A stretch of DNA of 38,486 nt from Candidatus Doudnabacteria bacterium (GCA_023245955.1 JAHFJI010000003.1:1-38486), one strand, 5' to 3'. Numbered from the stretch's first letter, positions 14,814 to 24,307 are shown. Notes: a model not told the origin generated them from the sequence alone. A program made the numbers and translations.

Positions 14814-16088
14814 ATGAAAGAGACTTTACACCCCTCCACCCAAATACTGGAGCGCAATATTAGTAAGCTATCTGGTAAGATTTTAGTTATAAACCCTCCA
14901 GAACTTAGCTCTATTGCTACTATAGAAGCCAAAATACCTACAAGTAAGATTAAGGTGTCTTGCCAGGATTTTGGCTTGTTTAGTGAAGCCAAACAGACTG
15001 GGTACGAAAGTTATTTTGAAACTCACCACGTTCCAAAGACCCTATTTGATACAGTGGTTGTGTTTTTACCCAAGAGTGACGCAGAAATAGAGATGGTTTT
15101 AGCTTGGAGCAATGAGTGCCTAGATAAATCCGGACAACTCATTCTAATTGGTCAAAACAACGCCGGCATTAAGTCAGCCAAAAAAACTTTAGAAAAACTT
15201 ATTGGCCCTATCACATTTACCGACAACGCTCGCCACTCTGCTTTTTATGTTTCAAACAAAACTGTAAAACTAAAAAAGTTTAAACTAGACGACTATTGGC
15301 AAAGTTATAGAATAAATGTGGGAAGTATTATTCCAGATTCCACGAGTCCTCGAGGGAAGTCCGGAATCCAGCATTTAAAAACCCTTGATCCCGGCCCCCG
15401 GGCCGGGATGACAGAGGAAGAGGGGTTGCGTGTCTATTCTCTCCCCGGCACCTTTAGCCATAGCAAGCTTGATGAAGGCACCTCCCTGCTCCTGGCATCT
15501 CTACAAAGTAAGGTAGACCTCAGTCAAACCAAAACTGCCTTAGACTGGGGCTGTGGTGCTGGCCCTCTCGGACTCGCCCTCACTCTAATACGACGTAGTA
15601 TTAAAGTGGACATGGTAGACAGTAGCGCAGAAGCCTTAGCAAGTGCAGAAAAAACTATCAAAGAGAATGCACTTACCAACTGCGAAGTTTTTGCCAGCAA
15701 CGTGTTTTCTGGAGTTAAAGAAAAATATGACCTCATAGTAGCAAATCCGCCGTTCCATAAGGGACACAGCACTAGTTACATAGCCTCGGAAACCTTTATT
15801 AAGACTAGCAAACAATATCTAACTGAACATGGCCACATGGTGATAGTAGCCAATGTATTTTTACACTACGAAACTCTGTTAGAAGAACAATTTGGCTATG
15901 TAAAAACGCTAGTCAAAACCAATAAGTATAAAATTTTAGAAGTCATAAACGAGCCGGTAAGAGAGGTAAGAGAGTCTAGAAAAGAGAAAAAACGCAGACC
16001 CAAGCGTACATTAGAAGAAGCCGGGTTTATAGACATCAACGACCTAGATAAAGTTATAGTTGAAGACACCGACACCTTTGACGATTAG
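14814..16088 (+). CDS. rsmC: 16S rRNA m2G1207 methyltransferase RsmC-like (with repeat-derived insertion)
   Basis: MTS_N-like domain (G.N..GIKSA, ARH), SLPGTFS..KLDEGTSLL, LDWGCGAG, NPPFH, IVAN.FL.Y; start set to ATG 14814. Confidence 0.88.
   Translation: MKETLHPSTQILERNISKLSGKILVINPPELSSIATIEAKIPTSKIKVSCQDFGLFSEAKQTGYESYFETHHVPKTLFDTVVVFLPKSDAEIEMVLAWSNECLDKSGQLILIGQNNAGIKSAKKTLEKLIGPITFTDNARHSAFYVSNKTVKLKKFKLDDYWQSYRINVGSIIPDSTSPRGKSGIQHLKTLDPGPRAGMTEEEGLRVYSLPGTFSHSKLDEGTSLLLASLQSKVDLSQTKTALDWGCGAGPLGLALTLIRRSIKVDMVDSSAEALASAEKTIKENALTNCEVFASNVFSGVKEKYDLIVANPPFHKGHSTSYIASETFIKTSKQYLTEHGHMVIVANVFLHYETLLEEQFGYVKTLVKTNKYKILEVINEPVREVRESRKEKKRRPKRTLEEAGFIDINDLDKVIVEDTDTFDD
15326..15413. repeat. 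RPE-like palindromic element inserted in-frame in rsmC
   Basis: Shares attcca..ttccacgagtcc and gatcccgg....ccgggatgaca with the intergenic copy at 21962-22065. Confidence 0.8.
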
Positions 16089-16097
16089 ACATATTAA

Positions 16098-16133
16098 AAA
16101 AGGATAACCCTTGGATACAAGGGTTATCCTTTT
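16098..16133. terminator. Bidirectional terminator between rsmC and trxB
   Basis: aaaaggataacccttg-gata-caagggttatcctttt. Confidence 0.85.
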
Positions 16134-16168
16134 GCCTTAGCATTTATTCATAATTCACAACTCCTAAT

Positions 16169-17098
16169 TCATGACTCTTGGGCTTGCAAATACTTCTCCG
16201 CGTCCAGTGCGGCTTTACAGCCCTCACCGGCGGCGGTGACGGCCTGGCGATAGCGGTGGTCATGGACATCACCGGCCACAAACACACCGGGAATGCTAGT
16301 CTCTGTAAACTGCTTGGGGACAATATAACCCATATCGTTTATTTCTAACCCAGAGTTCTTAAAAATGGAGGTAGCTGGAGTATGACCAATGGCTGCAAAA
16401 TAGCCTTGGCAAGAAATATTCTCTTCTGCGCCAGTATCATTATGCTTTACCTTTACGCCCTCTACTCGGTCTGTTCCTATCACATCTACTACAGTCACAT
16501 CGGTTATAAATTTTATCTTAGGATTGTCTTGTGCCCGCTTAAGCATAATTTTGGACGCCTTAAACTCTGCCCGACGATGAACAATGGTTACTTGCGTTGC
16601 AAACTTAGTTAAAAAATTTGCCTCTTCCATGGCACTATCTCCCCCACCAATTACCACCACCTCTTTTCCACGAAAGAAAAAGCCGTCACACGTGGCGCAG
16701 GCACTTACACCCTTACCGCGAAGTTTTTGCTCGTTATCAAGACCCAGCCAGTTAGCATCTGCACCAGTAGCTATGATGACTGCTTTGGAGTAGAAAGTCT
16801 GGGTGTCAGTTGCAATAGCCAATGGTTTCTTACTAAAATCTACACTTACTACATTTTCGCTCACGACTTCTGTACCAAATCTTTTTACCTGAGCCAACAT
16901 CTTTTCCATAAGCTCTGGACCTTGTATACCTTCTGGAAAACCAGGAAAATTTTCTACTTCTGTAGTTTCTGTTAGCTGACCACCGGGCTTGAGCCCAGCT
17001 ATTACCACGGGCTTAAGCTCTGCGCGAGCGCTATAAAGTGCAGCAGTAAGTCCCGCTGGCCCACTTCCAATAATAACTACATTTTTTACGTCTGACAT
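16169..17098 (-). CDS. trxB: Thioredoxin-disulfide reductase
   Basis: GSGPAG, GGQLTETTEVENFPGF, ACATCDGFF, GGGDSAMEEA, YRQAVTAAG. Confidence 0.96.
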   Translation of the reverse strand: MSDVKNVVIIGSGPAGLTAALYSARAELKPVVIAGLKPGGQLTETTEVENFPGFPEGIQGPELMEKMLAQVKRFGTEVVSENVVSVDFSKKPLAIATDTQTFYSKAVIIATGADANWLGLDNEQKLRGKGVSACATCDGFFFRGKEVVVIGGGDSAMEEANFLTKFATQVTIVHRRAEFKASKIMLKRAQDNPKIKFITDVTVVDVIGTDRVEGVKVKHNDTGAEENISCQGYFAAIGHTPATSIFKNSGLEINDMGYIVPKQFTETSIPGVFVAGDVHDHRYRQAVTAAGEGCKAALDAEKYLQAQES

Positions 17099-17185
17099 AA
17101 TGTTTCAAGTTAACAATTTAGCAAATAAACATAAAAAAGCTGTATTTGTTTAATTGTTTAATAGTTATTTTGTCAAATTATTATC

Positions 17186-18250
17186 TTACTTATACTCGCC
17201 TAAAATTAGTCCCAGGTCTAGTTGCACCGAATTCCTATATATCTTGAGTAGTACCTGGTTACCAGCCACATACTTAGCAACTACTACATCCAATTGATGG
17301 TCCTGAGTAAGCGCTTCACCATTTACACTTATAATTACATCTCCAGCCCTTAGCCCAGCGTGCTCTGCCGGACTGCCGGTAGCCACCGAAGATACATAAG
17401 CTCCACCGTCAAAAGGAAAATCATTCTTCTCTTTGGCAACAGAATCTACTAGCACATACTGCACGCCCACGTAGGCGTGATTAGTTTTACCTAAGTTTTT
17501 AAGTTGGTCTATACTAGTTTTTATGTAATTACTAGGTATGGAAAAGCCTAAGCCAGTACCTTGTTCTACAATTGTATTCATTCCAACCACTTCACCTTGC
17601 ATATTGACCAGCGGTCCACCAGAGTTTCCAGGATTAATAGCTGCGTCCGTCTCTATAAGTTGCTGGTACCTGGGCCTCGTGCTGTCCAGTACCACGTTTC
17701 TATCCACCCCAGACACCACACCTTTCGTGACCGTGTGCTGATACTTACCTAAAGCATTGCCAATCGCAAAGACGGTTTGTCCAGTTTCAAGCGAATCGGA
17801 ATTACCCCACCATATGGTAGCCATGCCCGTACCATCTACTTTAAGTAAGGCAATATCGCCATACTTATCTGCACTTACCACTTTAGCAGACAAACTTTTA
17901 CCATCTAACAATACAGCTTTATAGTTCACGCCTGGGTCCGCCACCACATGATAGTTAGTCACCACATAGCCATCACTGGAAATAATAAACCCGGTACCAG
18001 AATTTGCTTGAGTCTCTGCACCATTGGTGCCGTACGGCCTGTTACCAATTATACTTACCACAGCCGGCTTCACGCTCCGCACAGCCAGTATCCCTTGCTG
18101 GTCGTCTGACAAGGCCACGCCTTTTGTTGGTACAGAAGAACGGAATGGAATACTAGCAGTCACCCCTGGTCTCGCCCACCACAGACCTATATTCAGACTG
18201 GTGACTAAAGTAATAATTAAAATCAAACTTTTGCTAGAGCTTTTTTGCAT
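17186..18250 (-). CDS. HtrA/DegP-family trypsin-like serine protease with PDZ domain
   Basis: N-terminal TM, TNYHV, DIALLK, DAAINPGNSGGPL, PDZ GSPA..AGL..GDVI. Confidence 0.94.
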   Translation of the reverse strand: MQKSSSKSLILIITLVTSLNIGLWWARPGVTASIPFRSSVPTKGVALSDDQQGILAVRSVKPAVVSIIGNRPYGTNGAETQANSGTGFIISSDGYVVTNYHVVADPGVNYKAVLLDGKSLSAKVVSADKYGDIALLKVDGTGMATIWWGNSDSLETGQTVFAIGNALGKYQHTVTKGVVSGVDRNVVLDSTRPRYQQLIETDAAINPGNSGGPLVNMQGEVVGMNTIVEQGTGLGFSIPSNYIKTSIDQLKNLGKTNHAYVGVQYVLVDSVAKEKNDFPFDGGAYVSSVATGSPAEHAGLRAGDVIISVNGEALTQDHQLDVVVAKYVAGNQVLLKIYRNSVQLDLGLILGEYK

Positions 18251-18380
18251 ATATTATAGAGGTTTTAAATAAAGATAGAGTCATTATAGCATACGGAAAT
18301 CAGGCTATCGGATGGTGCATAGATGACCAGAAACCTATAAAATCAAGTCGAGTATTGGGTAATGGGTTATAATTTAATGT

Positions 18381-18521
18381 ATGAGAAAAACTAAAGCAGA
18401 AACAAAAGCCGAAAAGCGCGAGCAAAGAAACCGGAAACGCATGCACCTGCATGGAGCCAGTCTAAGAACCCCGTCTAAGTTTGCTGGACTGTCCATTATA
18501 AAAAAACGGATAAAAAAATAA
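18381..18521 (+). CDS. Small highly basic protein (46 aa; not in ORF track)
   Basis: MRKTKAETKAEKREQRNRKRMHLHGASLRTPSKFAGLSIIKKRIKK*; TATAAT 7 nt upstream, stop abuts a terminator. Confidence 0.55.
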   Translation: MRKTKAETKAEKREQRNRKRMHLHGASLRTPSKFAGLSIIKKRIKK

Positions 18522-18548
18522 TCCCGGCTCAGAGCCGGGATTATTTTT
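18514..18548. terminator. Bidirectional terminator
   Basis: aaaaataatcccggctc-a-gagccgggattattttt. Confidence 0.85.
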
Positions 18549-18559
18549 AATTATTAAAG

Positions 18560-19204
18560 TTACTTCAACATTATATTCCAGGCAGAGAGAGTGTGGAGAA
18601 TGGTATCCCATAGACCACTAGCTTTTACTTTAGCGCCCACAACCACATCGGCAACTACAGTCCCGCTGGTGCCGTCGGCCTTCACTACATTCGTACTAGC
18701 GCTAGTGTTTACGGTGACGCTTTTATTATTCTTAGTTTGCAACGTAACCGTACTACCATTTACGGCGGTCACAGTACCCTTGGCCTTAGCTGGTACTTGA
18801 TTAGCCTTAGTAACAAATACCACGCTCGCATCAATGGTATTACCTGCTAAGTTACCCGAAAGAGTCACAGTGTCATTTACCCCAATTCCACTCAAGCTAA
18901 TTACCGCATTTGGTACCTGTACTATTTTGGCAGAACTAGTTGTAACAGTATAGATTGTTCCCTTTTTATTCTTAAAGGTAAACCCAGTACCCGAGGTGGC
19001 TGTTACGGTACCACTATAAAATAACCCAGGAAAGCCCGTACCGCCCCGCACTTGCACACCAAACTCATTTAAACTAGACGAGTGTTTTTCCATGCCTTTA
19101 TGCATGCCCATGTCATCATGACCCTTGGCGTATGCACTTACTGGCACAGCCAAAACTGTAATGGCCATAGCCGAACTCAATACTTTATTTATAATTCTGT
19201 TCAT
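18560..19204 (-). CDS. Secreted protein with tandem DUF5666-like OB-fold repeats
   Basis: Signal peptide (..SAYA); two G.VTA..G..T.....VG..V...G repeats. Confidence 0.75.
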   Translation of the reverse strand: MNRIINKVLSSAMAITVLAVPVSAYAKGHDDMGMHKGMEKHSSSLNEFGVQVRGGTGFPGLFYSGTVTATSGTGFTFKNKKGTIYTVTTSSAKIVQVPNAVISLSGIGVNDTVTLSGNLAGNTIDASVVFVTKANQVPAKAKGTVTAVNGSTVTLQTKNNKSVTVNTSASTNVVKADGTSGTVVADVVVGAKVKASGLWDTILHTLSAWNIMLK

Positions 19205-19247
19205 GCTTTTTCCTTTCTTTTTTGTTAATTGTTCTCCCAGCCTGTAC

Positions 19248-19273
19248 ATCGCACAAGGCTCCCGAGTGTTACA
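19248..19273 (-). promoter_or_regulatory. ECF-type promoter TGTAAC-N16-CGAT for the DUF5666 gene
   Basis: Matches the motif upstream of the divergent sigma gene. Confidence 0.6.
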
Positions 19274-19364
19274 AACTCCCCCGTCTCCTCTTAGATATAA
19301 GCAAAAATATTTTACCTGCCTAAAAAACCGGGTAAAAGCTTTTATTATGATTAAGACCAGCTAG

Positions 19365-19390
19365 TGAAACTACTTCATTTCGTATACGAT
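19365..19390 (+). promoter_or_regulatory. ECF-type autoregulatory promoter TGAAAC-N16-CGAT
   Basis: SigW-like consensus (TGAAAC-N16-CGTA), 7 nt before the sigma ATG. Confidence 0.65.
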
Positions 19391-19397
19391 ATATAGC

Positions 19398-19943
19398 ATG
19401 GAAGAAAATTCTATAAACAATCTAGTGGCCCTGGTCAAAGCAGGCGACGAACAAGCTTTTGGCTTATTGTATGATGAGTACGCAGATAGGCTGTACAGAT
19501 ACATCTGCTTTAAGATTACAGACAGACAGGAGGCAGAGAACCTACTCCAAGAGGTTTTTGTAAAAGCCTGGCAAGGTTGCAGGAAGCTGGAGCAGGAAAA
19601 CCTGAACTTTACTTCCTGGATATACACTATCGCCCACAACACCGTAAATGACTACTTTAGAAAAGTTTATCGGCGACCGCAGACCGTTCCTCTAGAACCC
19701 AACTTAGATATAGTAGCCAAGGATGACACAAGCGAGGACACTCAAAAGAGTTTTACAGAACTAAGTATAGAAAAAGCCTTAGCCAAGTTGCCAGATAAGT
19801 ACAAGCAAGTACTGGAACTCAGATTTTTACAAGAATTATCGGTAGAGGAAACCGCCAAGATACTGCAAAAGAATAGCATATCGGTCCGCGTGCTGCAGCA
19901 TAGAGCAGTAAAGCAACTACAAAAGATATTTACAACTTTATGA
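19398..19943 (+). CDS. ECF sigma-70 factor
   Basis: Region 2 (AF..LYD.Y..RLYRY...QEVFVKAW, WIY.IA.N...DYFR) and region 4 (L.KLP..YKQVL.LRF...S.EETA). Confidence 0.95.
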   Translation: MEENSINNLVALVKAGDEQAFGLLYDEYADRLYRYICFKITDRQEAENLLQEVFVKAWQGCRKLEQENLNFTSWIYTIAHNTVNDYFRKVYRRPQTVPLEPNLDIVAKDDTSEDTQKSFTELSIEKALAKLPDKYKQVLELRFLQELSVEETAKILQKNSISVRVLQHRAVKQLQKIFTTL

Positions 19944-20713
19944 ACCAAGAAGAATTAATTAGGCAGTTTAAAAGCTACTCAAGAAGACAAATGCCTCCGC
20001 TGTCTTTAAGTGTAAAAGAAAAAGTAAAACAACAGGTTCTAAACAATCTGTCTAGAGAGCAATACCCGGAAGCAGACATCCAAAGAAGTCCATCTTGGAC
20101 ATTTGTCTTCACCCGTATAGCCGTCATGGCAGTCTGTCTTCTTATATTACTCACTGGCAGCACCTATGCCTCGTTTGATTCACTTCCAGGTGATACATTG
20201 TACCCACTCAAACGAACAGTAGAAGACACTCAAGTTAAATTGACTCAAAATCCTGTAGCCAAGACTAAGCTACAAGTTAAGTTTGCCGAAAAACGTTTTC
20301 AGGAACTAGAAAGTTTGGAAGCAAAAAGCCCTAAGAAAATCGCCGCACCAGTTATCACTAAAAAGGTAGAGGTAAAAATAGACACCCCTAAGATAGATAG
20401 TTTAACAGCGAGTCCAACAGAAACTGAAAAACTAGAAACTGAAGACAATCCAAAAGAGAACTTTGCAAAACGAGAGATATCCCGGGCTATATATAATCTA
20501 GAAAATACCAGAACAAAACTAGAAAAAGATGGCCATACCGAAGAAGCAAACAATCTGAATGCTACCATAAAGGAATTTACCAGAAGGGTGGACAAACACC
20601 GAGAACGAAAAATAGTACCTAAAGAAAAAGAGATACCAAGCTTGGAAATTAAAAGCAGCAATAGACAAAAGGAGACTAAGCACGAAGAAAACAGCAAAAG
20701 ACATCGTCAATGA
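19940..20713 (+). CDS. Putative anti-sigma factor, DUF5667-like membrane protein
   Basis: ATGA-coupled to sigma; TM followed by SLPGD.LYPLKR..E...A.KR..E motif. Confidence 0.8.
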   Translation: MNQEELIRQFKSYSRRQMPPLSLSVKEKVKQQVLNNLSREQYPEADIQRSPSWTFVFTRIAVMAVCLLILLTGSTYASFDSLPGDTLYPLKRTVEDTQVKLTQNPVAKTKLQVKFAEKRFQELESLEAKSPKKIAAPVITKKVEVKIDTPKIDSLTASPTETEKLETEDNPKENFAKREISRAIYNLENTRTKLEKDGHTEEANNLNATIKEFTRRVDKHRERKIVPKEKEIPSLEIKSSNRQKETKHEENSKRHRQ

Positions 20714-20770
20714 AGACCTATCCACACAGAATCAAAACTGCTATAATTACCCAGTAATTATAGCCAGTTT

Positions 20771-21949
20771 ATGCCAAATTCAGAAGCAGTCATCTTAAAA
20801 CAGGGTCGAGAAGTGCACGCGAGGAACCATCACCCTTGGGTTTTTTTAGGTGCCATAGCCCAGTTCCCAGAGTTTGAGAATGGTAGCATATTGCCGGTAC
20901 ACGACTATCTAAATAACTTTTTAGGATACGGTTACTTTAACCGAGGACAGTCCATCGTCGGTCGCATGATAAGTTTTAGGCAAGAAGACCCGCTAGAAAC
21001 TATAAAAAATAGCATTAACAACGCCATTAGCCTACGCACCCAAAACATCAAGCAAGACACAAACTGTTACAGGCTCATAAACGGCGAGGGTGATTTTCTA
21101 CCAGGACTTATAGTAGACAAGTACGACTCCGTACTCGTAGTCCAAATAAACACACTGGGTATGGAACGCCTAAAGTCACTCATAGTAGAAATTCTTACGA
21201 GGAGCCTATCCCCCAGTGCGATATATGAAAAATCTTCTACCAGTACGCGCCAAAAAGAAGGACTACCAGATGTAAGCACTACTCTTACAGGAAAAGTAGA
21301 AGGGCCTATAGAGGTCATGGAAAATGGTTTAAAGTTTTTGGTAGACATGACACATGGTCAAAAAACCGGATGGTTCTTAGACCAGCGTAACATGCGACAA
21401 CTCGCGCAAACCCATGCACAAGGTAGAAGTGTACTAAACTGCTTTGCTTATACTGGCGGCTTTAGTGTATATGCACTTTCTGGAGGCTCTAAAAAAGCAG
21501 TTTCATTAGACACAGACAAGCGAGCCAGCACGCTCACAAGAGCAAACTTAGAGCTAAATGGTTTTAACGAAATAGAGAACGAAATAATCTCCGAAGATGT
21601 GTTTAGCTACTTAGAAAGAACCGGCCAAGATAAAACTTTTGATTTTATAATCTTGGACCCCCCAGCTTTTGCCAAACGAGCCAGCGATATAGAGAATGCC
21701 AGCCGTGGCTACCGCGAGCTAAATAGGCTAGCCCTAGGAAAGCTACCTCCAGGTGGCCTGCTACTCACTTCCTCCTGTTCTTCCCACATAGACAGGCAAA
21801 TGTTCCAGACTATTATTTTCCAGGCAGCTAAAGACGCCAGGCGTAATGTAAAGATTTTAAGCTATCACCTGCTTGCTCAAGACCACCCCGTAAGCCTGTA
21901 CTACCCAGAAGGTGACTATCTAAAAAGTTTGTTGCTTTGGGTAGAGTAA
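20771..21949 (+). CDS. rlmI: 23S rRNA m5C1962 methyltransferase RlmI family
   Basis: HPWVF PUA domain, RLINGEGD.LPGL.VD, GQKTG.FLDQR, LN.F.YTGGF, DPPAF, SSCS, YLK. Confidence 0.92.
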   Translation: MPNSEAVILKQGREVHARNHHPWVFLGAIAQFPEFENGSILPVHDYLNNFLGYGYFNRGQSIVGRMISFRQEDPLETIKNSINNAISLRTQNIKQDTNCYRLINGEGDFLPGLIVDKYDSVLVVQINTLGMERLKSLIVEILTRSLSPSAIYEKSSTSTRQKEGLPDVSTTLTGKVEGPIEVMENGLKFLVDMTHGQKTGWFLDQRNMRQLAQTHAQGRSVLNCFAYTGGFSVYALSGGSKKAVSLDTDKRASTLTRANLELNGFNEIENEIISEDVFSYLERTGQDKTFDFIILDPPAFAKRASDIENASRGYRELNRLALGKLPPGGLLLTSSCSSHIDRQMFQTIIFQAAKDARRNVKILSYHLLAQDHPVSLYYPEGDYLKSLLLWVE

Positions 21950-21961
21950 TTCACCTCCGTC

Positions 21962-22065
21962 TGTCATTCCAATTTCCACGAGTCCGCCAATTGGAAGAGA
22001 AGTAAGACTATAATCCATATTGCTTTTTATTAATACTGGATCCCGGGTCATAGCCCGGGATGACA
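21962..22065. repeat. RPE/REP-like palindromic element (TGTCATTCC...GGGATGACA)
   Basis: Terminal inverted repeats and an atcccggg-tcatag-cccgggat hairpin. Confidence 0.8.
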
Positions 22066-22099
22066 AAACATATTAAGTTGTTAAATTGAATTCCTACCT

Positions 22100-23086
22100 A
22101 TGCCCACAGAAGAGTCACAATTTGAAATAATCCTTTTCTACAAGTACGTCCACATAGAAAGCCCAAAAAAGCTACAAAAGGCTCAAATGGAGCTTCAGAA
22201 TAGGCTTGGACTCAAAGGCCGTACACTCATTGCAAGCGAAGGCATCAATGCCACCATAGAGGGTACCAAAGAAAACATTGACTTGTACTTACAGGAATTT
22301 TTAAGCGACCCTAGATTTACCACTACACACATAAAAAGAAGCCCCGGTACCGGTAAAGCCTTTGCCAAATGCTTCGTTCGCATTAAACCAGAGATTGTAT
22401 CTCTGGGACTTGCGTGCGACATAGACCCCAATAAGCAAACGGGTAAGCGACTATCCCCAGAAGAACTACATGACTGGATACACGAGGGTAAAAAATTCTA
22501 CATTGTAGATATGCGCAATGCCTACGAGCACTTGGCCGGGCACTTTAAAGGCTCCGTCCTACCGGCCATGGATAACTTTCGAGAGCTACACAAGTTTCTA
22601 GACTCGCTCGCCCACCTAAAAAATCAAACAGTAGTAACTGTGTGTACTGGGGGCGTGAGGTGCGAGAAGGCCTCTGGATATCTCCTTGCGAACGGCTTTG
22701 CAGACGTCTATCAACTAGATGGCGGTATAGTAAGCTACATGGAACAATTCCCCAATGAAGACTTTTTGGGCAAACTATATGTATTTGATGAGAGAATGCT
22801 CATAGGCTTCTTTACGGATGACCCTAAGCATCAAGTAGTCGGCCAGTGCATCGTCTGTAGTAAGCCTTGTGAGCGCTTTACCAACTGCATAGACATAGAT
22901 TGCCACAGACAAACCATAGCCTGCCTAGAGTGCGAGCGGGGTAAAGGTCTAGATTTCCTCTGCCGTAGTGGCTGTAAAGAAAAAACTCGCAAGAATTCTA
23001 TATACAAGCTTCGTGACTACTTAAAAGATGCCCATCTAGACACATTCTTAACCAAACTCAAAAGTTTATTCTATCAATATAAATAA
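22100..23086 (+). CDS. trhO: tRNA uridine(34) hydroxylase TrhO / UPF0176 rhodanese-domain protein
   Basis: LFYKY, GR.LIA.EGINAT, D.RN.YE...GHF, CTGGVRCEKAS, QLDGGI..Y, GKLYVFDER. Confidence 0.9.
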   Translation: MPTEESQFEIILFYKYVHIESPKKLQKAQMELQNRLGLKGRTLIASEGINATIEGTKENIDLYLQEFLSDPRFTTTHIKRSPGTGKAFAKCFVRIKPEIVSLGLACDIDPNKQTGKRLSPEELHDWIHEGKKFYIVDMRNAYEHLAGHFKGSVLPAMDNFRELHKFLDSLAHLKNQTVVTVCTGGVRCEKASGYLLANGFADVYQLDGGIVSYMEQFPNEDFLGKLYVFDERMLIGFFTDDPKHQVVGQCIVCSKPCERFTNCIDIDCHRQTIACLECERGKGLDFLCRSGCKEKTRKNSIYKLRDYLKDAHLDTFLTKLKSLFYQYK

Positions 23087-23111
23087 CCCCGACTCTGAGT
23101 CGGGGTTATTT
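23081..23111. terminator. Bidirectional terminator
   Basis: aaataaccccgactc-t-gagtcggggttattt. Confidence 0.85.
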
Positions 23112-23352
23112 ATATTGAGACTAATTTTTCTTTTTTAGCCTTAGACCAGCGTTTTATTTCTGCTTCTCTTTTTAGAGCTTCACCCGTAGTCTTAAACTTT
23201 TCTGAGTATACAATTTTTCCACCCCCGTGGGCCCACACGTACTTAGAACCCTTACCCGCATTATGTACTTGTTCCCTATTTTTAAGATCTTTGGTGCTAC
23301 CGCTATAAAGCGAACCGTCTTTACACCTAAAAAGATAGAAATTGTACGCCAT
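23110..23352 (-). CDS. GIY-YIG nuclease (UPF0213/YazA-like)
   Basis: YLFRCKDGSLYSGST.DL..R...HNAGKGSKY, ALKREAEIK. Confidence 0.92.
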   Translation of the reverse strand: MAYNFYLFRCKDGSLYSGSTKDLKNREQVHNAGKGSKYVWAHGGGKIVYSEKFKTTGEALKREAEIKRWSKAKKEKLVSI

Positions 23353-23358
23353 GGGTTG

Positions 23359-23616
23359 CTATTGATGGTTGTCTATTTTAAAAATTATTAGGTCGCCAGC
23401 CTGGTTAAAGACTCCAAGAGCTCTAAATTGTTTATTTATTCGAAAATACCAGATACCACTACCTTTTGGATTTCTTTCTTTAAATCTCACACGCAAAGAC
23501 TCGCCTTGTAACAAAAATAGTTTAGCTTTCTTGTACTGTTGCAATAAGCCACGAGCTTCCAAATATGGCAGTATGTCCTTATGCTCAAATATGCTAATTA
23601 TTTTAGGCATGTTCAC
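23359..23616 (-). CDS. Putative RelE/ParE-fold toxin
   Basis: Basic 85 aa; GIWYFRINKQFRA...IDNHQ; downstream of a Phd-like gene. Confidence 0.7.
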   Translation of the reverse strand: MNMPKIISIFEHKDILPYLEARGLLQQYKKAKLFLLQGESLRVRFKERNPKGSGIWYFRINKQFRALGVFNQAGDLIIFKIDNHQ

Positions 23617-23619
23617 TTA

Positions 23620-23877
23620 TTAAATATTAATAAGCTCTTTTTGTTTTAGTTTACTTGCCAATTTTGCTTCCTTTTTCAAACTCTCACTAACTTCACTGGC
23701 CTGTAATTCCACAAGCTTAGGGGCGAGAAAACTTTCTTCATACACATCAATATCCACCAACACTGCAATTGGTTTATTATTCACCAATATATATTTGGGA
23801 TTTCTTTGCAAGCCCTGTAAAGACTTTTTGGTTTTTGTTCGTAAGTCTGTAACAGAAATAAATTGGTCTCTTAACAT
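23620..23877 (-). CDS. Phd/YefM-like antitoxin
   Basis: ISVTDLR.KT...PKYILVNNKPIAVLVDID.YE. Confidence 0.8.
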   Translation of the reverse strand: MLRDQFISVTDLRTKTKKSLQGLQRNPKYILVNNKPIAVLVDIDVYEESFLAPKLVELQASEVSESLKKEAKLASKLKQKELINI

Positions 23878-23900
23878 AGCAGTAAATATAGTTATAAATT

Positions 23901-23920
23901 TAGTATTATATTTAATACTA
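23901..23920. promoter_or_regulatory. Palindromic operator candidate for the TA operon
   Basis: tagtatta-tatt-taatacta directly upstream of the antitoxin. Confidence 0.45.
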
Positions 23921-23963
23921 CTATTTTATCCTATTTACTAGATTTGTCAAGGCGACGGCCTTA

Positions 23964-24248
23964 CTACTCCTGGCAAATTATGAGCCCTACTGCCACGCAG
24001 TGCTGGCAAAATAAGTCTTTTCTAGAACTGCAAGTACACTTCCACTTTATGCCTTTTGGAGTAGACAACACATCTACCGTGCGAGTCTGGGAGTTTCTAA
24101 ATTCTACGCGAGCGGTCATGTGTAGCACATCCGACTGGCTAAAGCTAACCACCCCATTTTTAGCGATATCCTTACCCAAGCGAAAGTTAGACCTAGAAGC
24201 TAGATCCTTTAGTAACTCCTCTGTGACTTCAGTTTTGATAGGTTGCAT
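23964..24248 (-). CDS. SWIM zinc-finger protein
   Basis: CTC...FCQHCVAV. Confidence 0.85.
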   Translation of the reverse strand: MQPIKTEVTEELLKDLASRSNFRLGKDIAKNGVVSFSQSDVLHMTARVEFRNSQTRTVDVLSTPKGIKWKCTCSSRKDLFCQHCVAVGLIICQE

Positions 24249-24307
24249 AGAGTAAGTTGGTAGTTACAAATATATATGTAGTATAATATATACACGAGTA
24301 AGTAGCC

